From NCBI GenBank assembly GCA_963755995.1, contig CAVWLQ010000003.1:836734-900733 (forward strand): 64,000 nt of DNA. The letters are read 5' to 3'. The number at the start of each line of letters is the position of its first letter. Within the stretch, counting starts at the first letter, position 1. This DNA comes from an uncultured Chloroflexia bacterium. Lineage in GTDB: Bacteria; Chloroflexota; Limnocylindria; Limnocylindrales; CSP1-4. Positions 53,228 to 61,914 of the stretch are shown in pieces. The position numbers were made by a program, and so were the translations under genes. A model generated the notes under the pieces. It was not told where the DNA came from. It saw only the letters and a program-made list of their open reading frames with translations, and did not search any database.

Positions 53228-53458
53228 TCAGATCCCGGGGAGCAGTGAGCCGACGACCAGCAGGCTCGGGCAGGCGAAGAGGCACAGGTTCCCCAGCTCG
53301 CGGTCCATCGTCAGCCCGACGTTGGCGAGCAGGTCCGCGACCGGGGCCAGGATCGGCATCAGCGACTCGATCGGCCACGCGTAGACGAGGCCGATCGCAC
53401 CGAGGACGAGCGCGACCCCGACCGTGATCAGGCGCGGCGGGTTGGGCTGGAGGCGCAT
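53228..53458 (-). CDS. small two-TM membrane protein (76 aa)
   Basis: The protein is MRLQPNPPRLITVGVALVLGAIGLVYAW...LCLFACPSLLVVGSLLPGI. It is in tandem with the 57-aa gene. Confidence 0.5.
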   Translation of the reverse strand: MRLQPNPPRLITVGVALVLGAIGLVYAWPIESLMPILAPVADLLANVGLTMDRELGNLCLFACPSLLVVGSLLPGI

Positions 53459-53527
53459 CGCTGCGCAGTATGCAACGTGCGGCAGACGCGCTGCCGCCTG
53501 AAGCGGCGGTCACGCTAGAGTCCGCTC

Positions 53528-54067
53528 ATGCCCGTTCGCCACGTGTCGCTGCTGCGGGGGATCAACGTCGGCGGCCATAACCTCGTCTCGATGGCACGGC
53601 TGCGCGCCCTCTACGAGGCCCTCGGCTGCGAGGACGTGGCCACCTACCTCCAGAGCGGCAATGTCGTCTTCGGCCGCGACCGCGATCCGGCCGGCGTGGG
53701 CCGGGGCGTGGAACGAGCGATCAAGCGCGAGCTCGGCATCGACGTGCGCGTCCTCGACCGCACCCATGCGGACATGGCCGCGATCGTCGCGTCCGATTCG
53801 TTCCCGGGCGCCGACCCGAGCCGGCGATTCGTGATGTTCCTGTCGGCGGCGCCGGGGGCCGAGATCGCGCGCGAGATCGAGCACGTGAAGCTCGGACCGG
53901 ACGAATCGCGGCTGATCGGCCGGGAGATCCACCTGCACTGTCCGGACGGCCTGGGCAACAGCAAGCTGCCGGGCCTCCTCACCGAGCGTCGGCTCGGCGT
54001 GACGGCGACCACGCGGAACTGGCGGACGGTCAGCCGGCTGCTGGAGCTCTCGGGCGACCCCGGCTGA
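53528..54067 (+). CDS. DUF1697 domain protein
   Basis: The protein MPVRHVSLLRGINVGGHNLVSMARLRALYEALGCEDVATYLQSGNVVF has the hallmark N-terminus of DUF1697. Confidence 0.85.
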   Translation: MPVRHVSLLRGINVGGHNLVSMARLRALYEALGCEDVATYLQSGNVVFGRDRDPAGVGRGVERAIKRELGIDVRVLDRTHADMAAIVASDSFPGADPSRRFVMFLSAAPGAEIAREIEHVKLGPDESRLIGREIHLHCPDGLGNSKLPGLLTERRLGVTATTRNWRTVSRLLELSGDPG

Positions 54068-54077
54068 ACGGGCGCCG

Positions 54078-55082
54078 TCAGGCGGGCTCGGCCGGCCGTC
54101 GCGTCTCGATCAGGGTCGTCGGGGCGTTGTGGACGGCCGGGATGGAGCCAAGCCGGCCGGCCTGGTAGTCGCGGACGGCGAGCAGGACCTCCTCGCGCGT
54201 GTTCATCACGAACGGGCCCATCCACGCGACCGGCTCGCGGATCGGTCGGCCGCCGAGCACGATGACGTCCAGGTTCGGCGTCCGCTGGTCCTGGATCGGC
54301 GACGCGGCCACCGCGATGGCCGTGCCCTCGCCCAGCACGGCGAGCTGGCCGGCGCCGATCGGCCGCGCCTCGGGTCCGACGCTCCCCTGCCCCGCCAGGA
54401 CGTACACGAGCGCGTTGTAGTCAGATCGCCATGGCAGGGACACGCGCGCGCCCGGGCTCAGGGTCGCGTGAACCATGGTCATCGGCGAATACGTGGACCC
54501 CGGACCCGCGTGACCCGCCACGTCACCGGCGATCACCCGGATCAAGGCGCCACCGTCCTGCGACGACACGAGGGCCACCTCGCTCGCGCGGAGGTCCTGG
54601 TAGCGCGGCGCGGTCAGCTTCTGGTCTGCGGGCAGGTTGACCCAGAGCTGCAGGCCGTGGAACAGGCCCCCGCTCACGACCAGCCACTCCGGGGGCTTCT
54701 CGATGTGGAGGATCCCGGCCCCGGCCGTCATCCATTGGGTGTCGCCGTTGGTGATGACCCCGCCGCCACCGTTCGAATCGGCGTGCTCGAACACGCCGTC
54801 GATCATGTACGTGACGGTCTCGAACCCGCGGTGGGGGTGCCAGGGCGTGCCCTTCGGCTCGCCCGGCGCGTATTCCACCTCGCCCATCTGGTCGAGGTGG
54901 ATGAACGGATCGAGATCGGCCAGGTCGACGCCCGCGAACGCGCGCCGGACAGGGAAGCCCTCGCCTTCGAAGCCACGCGGGGCACTGGTGACGCTGCGGA
55001 CCGGCCGCGATCGGGCGGCCGACGGATCCGGCTCCGGGATGCGCGGCAGGATGGTGATGTCTTCGACGACGACGGCGGGCAT
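54078..55082 (-). CDS. pirin-family protein
   Basis: ATG 55082 has AAGGAG upstream. Bicupin with the motifs RGFEGEGFPVRRAF, PWHPHRGFETVTYMIDG and GDTQWMTAGAGILHIE. Confidence 0.9.
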   Translation of the reverse strand: MPAVVVEDITILPRIPEPDPSAARSRPVRSVTSAPRGFEGEGFPVRRAFAGVDLADLDPFIHLDQMGEVEYAPGEPKGTPWHPHRGFETVTYMIDGVFEHADSNGGGGVITNGDTQWMTAGAGILHIEKPPEWLVVSGGLFHGLQLWVNLPADQKLTAPRYQDLRASEVALVSSQDGGALIRVIAGDVAGHAGPGSTYSPMTMVHATLSPGARVSLPWRSDYNALVYVLAGQGSVGPEARPIGAGQLAVLGEGTAIAVAASPIQDQRTPNLDVIVLGGRPIREPVAWMGPFVMNTREEVLLAVRDYQAGRLGSIPAVHNAPTTLIETRRPAEPA

Positions 55083-55197
55083 GTGGTTCGACTCCTTTGG
55101 TCTGCCGCGACCATAGCACGCAGGTAGTTGACCACGCAACAGAAATCCTGCTAGGCTCCGGACATCCACCCAGCCCCGCGACCAGGAGCCCCGACCC

Positions 55198-55623
55198 ATG
55201 TCCGACTTCAATCACGACCTCATCGCCGACCTGCGCGCCCACGATGGGCACCCCACGAGTGGGCCGTTCGTCGGACGACCGATGGTCATCCTGACGACCG
55301 TCGGGGCGAAGTCGGGCGAGGTCCGCGAGATCCCGCTCGTCTATTCGCGCGACGGCGACCGGATCGTCATCATCGCCTCGATGGGCGGGGCACCGAAGCA
55401 CCCGTCCTGGTACCACAACCTGGTCGCCCAGCCACGGGTCACCGTCGAGATCGATGGCGAGCGCTTCACGGCGATCGCTCACGTCGCCGACGCGGCCGAA
55501 CGCCGCCGTCTGTACGACCAGCACGCCGCGATCAATCCCAGCTTCCTCGAGTACGAGGCCCGCACGACGCGGGTGATCCCGGTCATCACGCTGCAGCGCG
55601 AGGCCTCGTCCGCCGCCGCCTGA
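55198..55623 (+). CDS. deazaflavin (F420H2)-dependent nitroreductase-family oxidoreductase (DDN-like), second copy
   Basis: The protein contains GRPMVILTTVGAKSGEVREIPLVYSRDGDRIVIIASMGGAPKHPSWYHNLVAQPRVTVEIDG. Confidence 0.85.
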   Translation: MSDFNHDLIADLRAHDGHPTSGPFVGRPMVILTTVGAKSGEVREIPLVYSRDGDRIVIIASMGGAPKHPSWYHNLVAQPRVTVEIDGERFTAIAHVADAAERRRLYDQHAAINPSFLEYEARTTRVIPVITLQREASSAAA

Positions 55624-55638
55624 CGCTACGCTCCGCGA

Positions 55639-56493
55639 GTGGCAGACGACGCGGAGCTGGTTCGGCCGGCCACCCCCGACGAACGGTCGGACGTGGCCGG
55701 GATGCATGCCGCCAACCGGGCGGCCTGGGATGAGGCCGCCGAACGCTACGAGGGCTGGTTCGACGAGGCCGTCGCGCTGATCCGGGCGGGCGGCACCAAC
55801 CTCTTCGGCGTGGAGACGGCGCTGATCGGCGACCTCCACGGGCGCTGCCACCGGGCGATCCACCTCCAGTGCGCGGCCGGTCGCGACACACTCTCCCTGT
55901 GGAACCACGGCGCCGAGGAGGTCGTCGGGGTCGACTTCAGCCCGCGCATGCTCGAGCTGGCCGCGCGCCTGACCGAGGCCACGGGCGCACCGGCGCGCTG
56001 GGTCCTGTCGGACGTGCTGGAGGCCCCGGCCGAGCTGGATGGCACGGCCGACCTCGTCTACACGGGGCGCGGCTCGCTCATCTGGCTCCAGGACCTCGAC
56101 GCGTGGGCGGCCGTCATCGCCCGGCTGCTCACCCCGACCGGACGGTTCGTGCTGTTCGAGGGTCATCCGGCCGAATGGCTGTTCGACGCCGGGCCCGACG
56201 GTCGCTGGATCGCGACGGACTACGACTACTTCGGCGGCCCGGAGGCGTCACGCGGCTGGGCGCCCGAGTACATCGACCACCTGTCGATCGCCGACCCCGA
56301 CCTCAGCCTGAAGTTCGCCCGGGCCTGGACGCTCGGCGAGGTCGTCACCGCCCTCCTGGGCGCCGACCTGCGGCTCGAGGGGCTGGCGGAGTACCCGATC
56401 GACTGGTGGGGCGGTCACGCCGACGTCCGCGCGGATGAGCGCGGGCGCATCCCGCTGTCGTTCTCGGTGACCGGCCGCAAGGGACGCGGCTGA
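55639..56493 (+). CDS. class I SAM-dependent methyltransferase
   Basis: GTG start. HLQCAAGRDTLSL is motif I-like, followed by VVGVDFSPRML and an acidic loop. 284 aa. Confidence 0.75.
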   Translation: MADDAELVRPATPDERSDVAGMHAANRAAWDEAAERYEGWFDEAVALIRAGGTNLFGVETALIGDLHGRCHRAIHLQCAAGRDTLSLWNHGAEEVVGVDFSPRMLELAARLTEATGAPARWVLSDVLEAPAELDGTADLVYTGRGSLIWLQDLDAWAAVIARLLTPTGRFVLFEGHPAEWLFDAGPDGRWIATDYDYFGGPEASRGWAPEYIDHLSIADPDLSLKFARAWTLGEVVTALLGADLRLEGLAEYPIDWWGGHADVRADERGRIPLSFSVTGRKGRG

Positions 56494-56518
56494 CGCTCGC
56501 CGGTCTGCGTCTGGCGGG

Positions 56519-56866
56519 TCAGACTGCGACCAGCTCCCCGAGTCCCGCGAACCGTCCGTCGCCACCGCGCTCCACGGTGGCGAGGGCACCGATCGCCGCC
56601 CGCTCGATCGGGCCGTAGATGTGCGGATACGGCGATCCGGCCACGTCGAAGCGCCACGGAGAGCCCGTCGCGTCCAGGTCGACGGTCATCGCCAGGAACG
56701 CCCGGGGGTCCGCGGCGTAGTGGCGATCGAACGTCGCGCCAAGCTCGTCCACGCCATCCGTGCAATGGATGAATCCCTCGCTCTCGAGCGACGCGGCCGC
56801 GTACGGTCCGGCCGGATCCGACGCCGCCCAGACCGCCTCCGGGACGAGGTGGAAGGTCGGCCGCAT
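56519..56866 (-). CDS. DUF952 domain protein
   Basis: ATG 56866 overlaps the TPP-enzyme stop (ATGA). The protein runs MRPTFHLVPEAVWAAS...EGFIHCTDGVDEL...YPHIYGPI. Confidence 0.8.
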   Translation of the reverse strand: MRPTFHLVPEAVWAASDPAGPYAAASLESEGFIHCTDGVDELGATFDRHYAADPRAFLAMTVDLDATGSPWRFDVAGSPYPHIYGPIERAAIGALATVERGGDGRFAGLGELVAV

Positions 56867-58896
56867 CAGCCGGGCGGGAGATCGATCGAGTGCCACGCCC
56901 GGTCGAGCCCCAGCTGGATGACCGTCGCACGGTCGGCCACGAGGGCCGCGCGCAGGGCCGGTTCGAAGTCGGCATCGCGATCGACCCGCACGCCGCGCGC
57001 GCCGCAGGCACGTGCGATCGCGGCGAAATCGACCGGGCCGAGCTCCGTCGCGACGCCGATCCCCCGCTCGCGCTCCTCCTGCCACATCCGGATCGTGCCG
57101 TAGCGCTCGTTGTCGAAGACGACCACGATGACCCGCGCTCCGACCCGGACGGCGGTCTCCAGCTCGGACATGGTCATCGCCAGGCCACCGTCGCCGCAGA
57201 CCGCGACGACCGGGCGATCGCGGTGGACCAGCGCCGCGGCGATCGCGGCCGGCAGGCCGTAGCCCATCGCGCCCGACGTCGGGCCGAGGAACGTGCCGGG
57301 CCGCCGGAACCGGAAGCCGCGGCCCAGCCACGTCGCGAAGTTGCCCGCGTCGCTGGTCAGGATCGCGTCGTCGGGCAGGACCCCTCGAAGGGTCATGATC
57401 GAACGGCCGGGGTGGACGCCGGGGCCGTCCCATGGCTGCGCGTCGACGACGGAAGCCGCCTCATAGGCGACACGATCCTCGCGGTTGGCGGCCCCCCGTT
57501 CGGCGACGAGGGCGGCATCGAGCACGGCCCGCCCGACCAGCCGGTCGTTGGCGGCCTTGAGGAAGGCCTTGGCGTCCGCCGCGACCGCGATCTCCGGGGC
57601 GGTCGACCCCACCAGGGCACCGGGCGCGAGGTCGACGTGCGCCCAGCGCAGGCCCGGTCGCGGGACCGTGTAGCCGTAGGACGTCGCCTCGTTGAGGCGG
57701 GAGCCGATGACCAGGAGCGCGTCGGCGGCGTCGAGACGCTCCTTGACCGAGGCTGCGGCCCCGAAGCCGGACATGCCGAGGTACAGCGGATGGTCGTTCG
57801 AGATGACATCCGCCCGGCGCCAGGCGCCGATGACCGGGACCTGGAGGAGCTCGGCGAAACGGGTCAGCTCGGTCGAGGTGCGGGCGCGCAGGACCCCGGC
57901 GCCGGCCAGGATCACGGGCCGGCGAGCGGAGGCGAGGAGCTCGATGACGGCGCGGATCTCGTCGTCGGTCGCGCGGGATTGGCTCGGCCGGGCGGTGTCG
58001 GCCTTGATGTCGTCGGGCATCGGCTCGTCGAGAAGGTCCTCGGGCAGCGAGAGGTAGGCCGGACCCGGTCGTCCGCCGAGCGCCTGACGGGTCGCCTCCG
58101 CCATGGCGGTCGCGACCTCGGCGGCGGTGTGCGGCTCCGCGGCCCACTTCGCGAGCCGGCCGAGGGAGCCGACCTGGTCGATCTCCTGGAATGCCTCCCG
58201 GCCCAGCCACTTGCGCTCGACCTGGCCGACCGCGACGAACATCGGCGTGGAGTCCTGGCGAGCCGTGTGGATGCCGATGCCCAGGTTGGTGCCGCCGACG
58301 GCGCGCGTCCCGAGACAGACCGCGGGTCGCCCGGTCAGCTGCCCGTGCGCCTCGGCCATGAACGCGGCGCCACCCTCGTGGCGCGTGGCGATGACCCGGA
58401 TCCCGGCGCCCTCGAACGCATCGAGGAGGCCCAGGAACGATTCCCCGGGAACGGTGAACGCGTATCGCACGCCGGCCGCGCGCAGGGAGTCGGCGATGAA
58501 CCGCCCGACGGTCCGTGGTCCGGCGTCGGCGACGGGCTCGAGATCCGGTGCCGCGGGCTCGGCGGGGTCGGTCGGCTCGGAGGGCTCGGTCGCCACAGCG
58601 GCGTCGTCGGTCGCCTCGGGCGCGTCGGGGGCGGTCGCGACCTCGGCGTCGCCCGTCGTCGCCTCAGGCTCGGCGGACTCGGCCGTGTCGGCCGCTTCCG
58701 CGGCTTCGGCGTCGCCGGTCGTCGCCTCGGGCTCGTCGCTCGTCGAGTCGGGCTCGACGTGTGTCGGCTCGGGCATGCGCTCGGACTCGGCGGTGCCGGG
58801 CTGCGCGTCCTCAGCGTCGGCCGTCGGCGCGTCGGCGGCGGGTGGGTCGGCGGTGGGTGGGTCGTCGGGCGGCGGCGTGGTGTCGAGCTCGGTCAT
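56866..58896 (-). CDS. thiamine-diphosphate-dependent enzyme (acetolactate synthase large-subunit-like) with a ~110-aa acidic low-complexity N-terminal extension
   Basis: The core starts at VGRFIADSLRAAGVRYAFTVPGESFLGLLDA. The ThDP motif is GDGGLAMTMSELETAVRVGARVIVVVFDNERYG. The N-terminal Asp/Glu/Pro/Ala/Thr tail carries a repeated EPEATTGDAE unit. The true start could be further downstream. Confidence 0.8.
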   Translation of the reverse strand: MTELDTTPPPDDPPTADPPAADAPTADAEDAQPGTAESERMPEPTHVEPDSTSDEPEATTGDAEAAEAADTAESAEPEATTGDAEVATAPDAPEATDDAAVATEPSEPTDPAEPAAPDLEPVADAGPRTVGRFIADSLRAAGVRYAFTVPGESFLGLLDAFEGAGIRVIATRHEGGAAFMAEAHGQLTGRPAVCLGTRAVGGTNLGIGIHTARQDSTPMFVAVGQVERKWLGREAFQEIDQVGSLGRLAKWAAEPHTAAEVATAMAEATRQALGGRPGPAYLSLPEDLLDEPMPDDIKADTARPSQSRATDDEIRAVIELLASARRPVILAGAGVLRARTSTELTRFAELLQVPVIGAWRRADVISNDHPLYLGMSGFGAAASVKERLDAADALLVIGSRLNEATSYGYTVPRPGLRWAHVDLAPGALVGSTAPEIAVAADAKAFLKAANDRLVGRAVLDAALVAERGAANREDRVAYEAASVVDAQPWDGPGVHPGRSIMTLRGVLPDDAILTSDAGNFATWLGRGFRFRRPGTFLGPTSGAMGYGLPAAIAAALVHRDRPVVAVCGDGGLAMTMSELETAVRVGARVIVVVFDNERYGTIRMWQEERERGIGVATELGPVDFAAIARACGARGVRVDRDADFEPALRAALVADRATVIQLGLDRAWHSIDLPPG

Positions 58897-58946
58897 GGCG
58901 ACTGCGCTCCTTCGGACGGTCGGCCCCGGCCCGGGTGCCGGGATGG

Positions 58947-59438
58947 TCAGCGGTAGTTCTCGAACTGGAGCGGGACCGGCAGGTCGAGCTCCCGGAGACG
59001 GCCCATGACGCGCTGCAGGTCGTCCCGGCTCTTGCCGGAGACGCGGACGGCGTCGCCCTGGATCTGTGACTTCACCTTCGGGAACTCGTCCCGGATCAGC
59101 TTCGTGATCTTCTTGGCCGTGTCCTCGGGCAGCCCGCGACGCAGGCCGATCCGCTGCCGGACCTTGTTGCCGCCGGCCTCCTCCACCTTGCCCCAGTCGA
59201 AGATCTTGAGCGACAGGCTCCGACGGATCGCCTTGGACTCGATGAGATCCTTGACCGCCGAGGCGCGATGCTCGTCGTCGGTGACCAGCACGAGCTCGTC
59301 CTTGGCCTGGGTCAGGTCGACCGTCACGCCCTTGAAGTCGAACCGCGTGCCGACCTCGCGACGGACCTGGTCGAGCGCGTTGCGCAGCTCCTGCTCGTCG
59401 AAGTCGCTGACGACGTCGAATGACTGGTCTCCGGCCAT
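58947..59438 (-). CDS. yajQ: YajQ-family (UPF0234) nucleotide / cyclic-di-GMP-binding protein
   Basis: 163 aa. The protein MAGDQSFDVVSDFDEQELRNALDQVRREVGTRFDFKG...LQFENYR is full-length and highly typical of YajQ. Confidence 0.9.
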   Translation of the reverse strand: MAGDQSFDVVSDFDEQELRNALDQVRREVGTRFDFKGVTVDLTQAKDELVLVTDDEHRASAVKDLIESKAIRRSLSLKIFDWGKVEEAGGNKVRQRIGLRRGLPEDTAKKITKLIRDEFPKVKSQIQGDAVRVSGKSRDDLQRVMGRLRELDLPVPLQFENYR

Positions 59439-59453
59439 CGATCCTCCTCTCCC

Positions 59454-59837
59454 CTATCCGGCCGTGCCGGGGGCGTAGCGCGTCCATTCGCGGAAGCGGC
59501 TCACCCGCCCGTCCGACGCCGTCTCCGCGGTCAGGAAGCCGGCCATCCGGATGACGTCACCGCTGGCCCGCCGCACGAAGGTCACGTGCCAGGCCGCGAG
59601 GATCGTCGTCCCCGATGCCCAATGGCGTTCCACGGTGAACTCGACGTCGCGCTGCGATGCCGATGCGTCCAGCAAGTATGCCCGGAGCGCGTTGTGCCCG
59701 ACGAGCGGCGGGTTGAACGGGTCCTCATGGTACTCGGCGTCGTCCGTGAACAGCGCCACCCAGCCGTCACCGTCGAAGTCGTGCCACGCCTGCCCGTACG
59801 CCTCGAGCCACTCGCCGGCCGCCGCATAGTCGATCAT
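59454..59837 (-). CDS. NTF2-like (SnoaL-type) fold protein
   Basis: 127 aa. The protein runs WLEAYGQAWHDFDGDGWVALFTDDAEYHEDPF... ATGA overlap with the Mur ligase stop. Confidence 0.7.
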   Translation of the reverse strand: MIDYAAAGEWLEAYGQAWHDFDGDGWVALFTDDAEYHEDPFNPPLVGHNALRAYLLDASASQRDVEFTVERHWASGTTILAAWHVTFVRRASGDVIRMAGFLTAETASDGRVSRFREWTRYAPGTAG

Positions 59838-61391
59838 CCGTCCGCCTCCAGTCGCTCCAGCAGCCGTTCGCCGATCCGGTAGCTCGCGCCACCGCCCATC
59901 ACCAGGACCGCGTCGCCCGGCCGGACCATCCCGGCCAGCGCATCCGCGGTGGCCTCGACCGAGCCCGGGGCGAGGACCGTCAGGTCCGGCCGGACCGACC
60001 GGATCGCCCCGGCCAGGTCCGCGGCCGAGACGCTCGTCGTGTCGCGGTCCCGGCCGGCCCAGATGTCCGCCACGGCGACCGCGTCCGCGCCGGCCAGCGC
60101 CTCCGCGAAGGCGTCCAGCATCGCCGCGGTCCGATGGTAGGTCAGTGGCTCGTAGACCGCCCAGACGCGCCGGCCGGGCTCGCGCTGACGAACGGCGGCA
60201 AGCGTCGCGACGATGGCGGCCGGGTGGTGTCCGTAGTCGTCGTAGATCACGACACCGCCGGCCTCGCCCTTGCGCTCCAGGCGCCGGCCCACGCCGCCGA
60301 ACGACGCGATCCCGGCCGCGATCCGGTCAGGCGCCACGCCCAGGCTGAGCGCAGCCCCGGCGACGGCGAGCGCGTTGGCCGCGTTGTGGCGGCCGGCGGT
60401 GGAGAGTCGGATCGTGGTCGCGCCGGCCAGCTGGTCCAGCCCGTGGATCTCGAGGCTCGTGCCGCCGGCGTCGGCGGCGACGATCCGGCCGAGAAGCGCG
60501 CCAGCCTGGCCGGCCGCCGTCGCATAGCGTTCGCCGATGCCGCGCAGGTAGCCACCCCGCCCCGGCGAGGCATCGACGAGGGCATACGCCACGACGGCGA
60601 TCGAGCGCTCCCGGAGGCGATCGACGACGGCCTCGCCGCCCGGATCGCCGATGTTGACGACCAGTGTCGAACCGTCGGCCATCCGCCGCAGCCACGCCTC
60701 GAACGCGTCGATGACCGCCGCCCGGTCGTCGAAGACGTCCGGATGGTCCCAGTCCACCCCGGTCACGACGGCGACGTCCGGCCGGTAGGCATCGAAGTTG
60801 CCGGCGTACTCGTCGGCCTCGACGACAAACGAGCTCCCCCACCCTGCCCGGGCCGTGGCCGGCGGGCCTCCGGTCAGGTCGGCCGGCAGGAGCGCCCCGA
60901 CGAATGCCGACGGATCCTCGCCGGCCGCAACGAGCGCGTGGACCAGCCAGCCGGCGGTCGTGCTCTTGCCATGCGTCCCGGCCACGCCGACCAGGGTCCG
61001 CCCGACCGCCGCGTCGGCGACGACCTGCTGCCACGGCTCGAGCGGGATTCCGGCCGTCCGCGCGGCGACGAGCTCCGGGTTGCCGGGGTCGACCGCCGTC
61101 AGCGCCTTGGTCACGGCGAGCCGCTCCGGCCGCGGAGCGACCGTCACGTGGCTGGCGGCGTGCGTGGGTGCCACGTCGATCCCCAGTGCCTCGAGAGCCG
61201 GCGTGTAGGGCGACGGACCGCCTGGATCGCAGCCGGTGACGATCGCGCCGGCACGGGTGGCCAGGATCGCCGCCGCGCTTGCCCCGGCTCCGGCGGCGCC
61301 GACGACGTGGATCCGCTCGCCCGCCCGGATCGGGCGGGCCGGCCGGGCGGTCGTCGAGGCCGGCCCCGATCCGGTCCGCGGCTGAGGTCAC
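59834..61391 (-). CDS. Mur ligase, MurC/Mpl type (UDP-N-acetylmuramate--L-alanine ligase-like); apparent 1-nt insertion near the 5' end
   Basis: The main frame reads ...RIHVVGAAGAGASAAAILATRAG...GVAGTHGKSTTAGWL...EADEYAGNF...DWDHPDVF but has no start codon after the upstream in-frame TGA. A GTG at 61391 overlaps the pncC stop (GTGA) and opens VTSAADRIGAGLDDRPAGPP in the -1 frame. Removing one G of the GGG at 61332-61334 joins them. Span is 1558 nt (3n+1). Confidence 0.8.
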
Positions 61392-61912
61392 CGGCCGCCC
61401 GGGGCCGGCGCGTCCGGAGCCGCGATGCGTTCGAGCAGCAGGTCCAGGGCCGCGCCCGCGCTCCGCCGCTTGTTGTCCGCACGATCGCCGGTCCAGACGA
61501 ACCGGCGGACGGCGACGCCCGCCGCGTCGGCGACGGCGACGTACGTCAGCCCGACCGGCTTGGCCGGGCTCCCGCCGTCGGGGCCGGCGATCCCGGTCAC
61601 GGAGACCGCGAGGTCCGCGCCGGTTCGTTCGCGACCGCCGGTCGCCATGGCCATCGCGACCTGGGCCGAGACGGCGCCATGGGCCACGAGGACCTCCTCG
61701 GGCACCCCGACCGACTGCCGCTTGAGCTCGTTCGAGTAGGTCACGAACCCGCCGACGAACCAGGCGCTCGACCCGGGCACCTCGGTGATCACATGGCCGA
61801 CGAGGCCGCCGGTGCACGATTCGACGGTCGCGACGCGCAGGCCGCGCGCGGCGCAGCCCTCCCCGAGCCGGACCGCGAGCCCACCCAGGTCGGTCAGCGG
61901 GTCGTCCGCCAC
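61388..61912 (-). CDS. CinA C-terminal-domain protein / nicotinamide-nucleotide amidohydrolase PncC-like
   Basis: GTG 61912 lies 2 nt after the rodZ-like stop. The protein runs VADDPLTDLGGLAVRLGEGCAARGLRVATVESCTGGLVGHVITEVPGSSAWF...TGIAGPDGG. 174 aa. The track start at 62158 is shadow sequence. Confidence 0.85.
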   Translation of the reverse strand: MADDPLTDLGGLAVRLGEGCAARGLRVATVESCTGGLVGHVITEVPGSSAWFVGGFVTYSNELKRQSVGVPEEVLVAHGAVSAQVAMAMATGGRERTGADLAVSVTGIAGPDGGSPAKPVGLTYVAVADAAGVAVRRFVWTGDRADNKRRSAGAALDLLLERIAAPDAPAPGGR

Positions 61913-61914
61913 CG

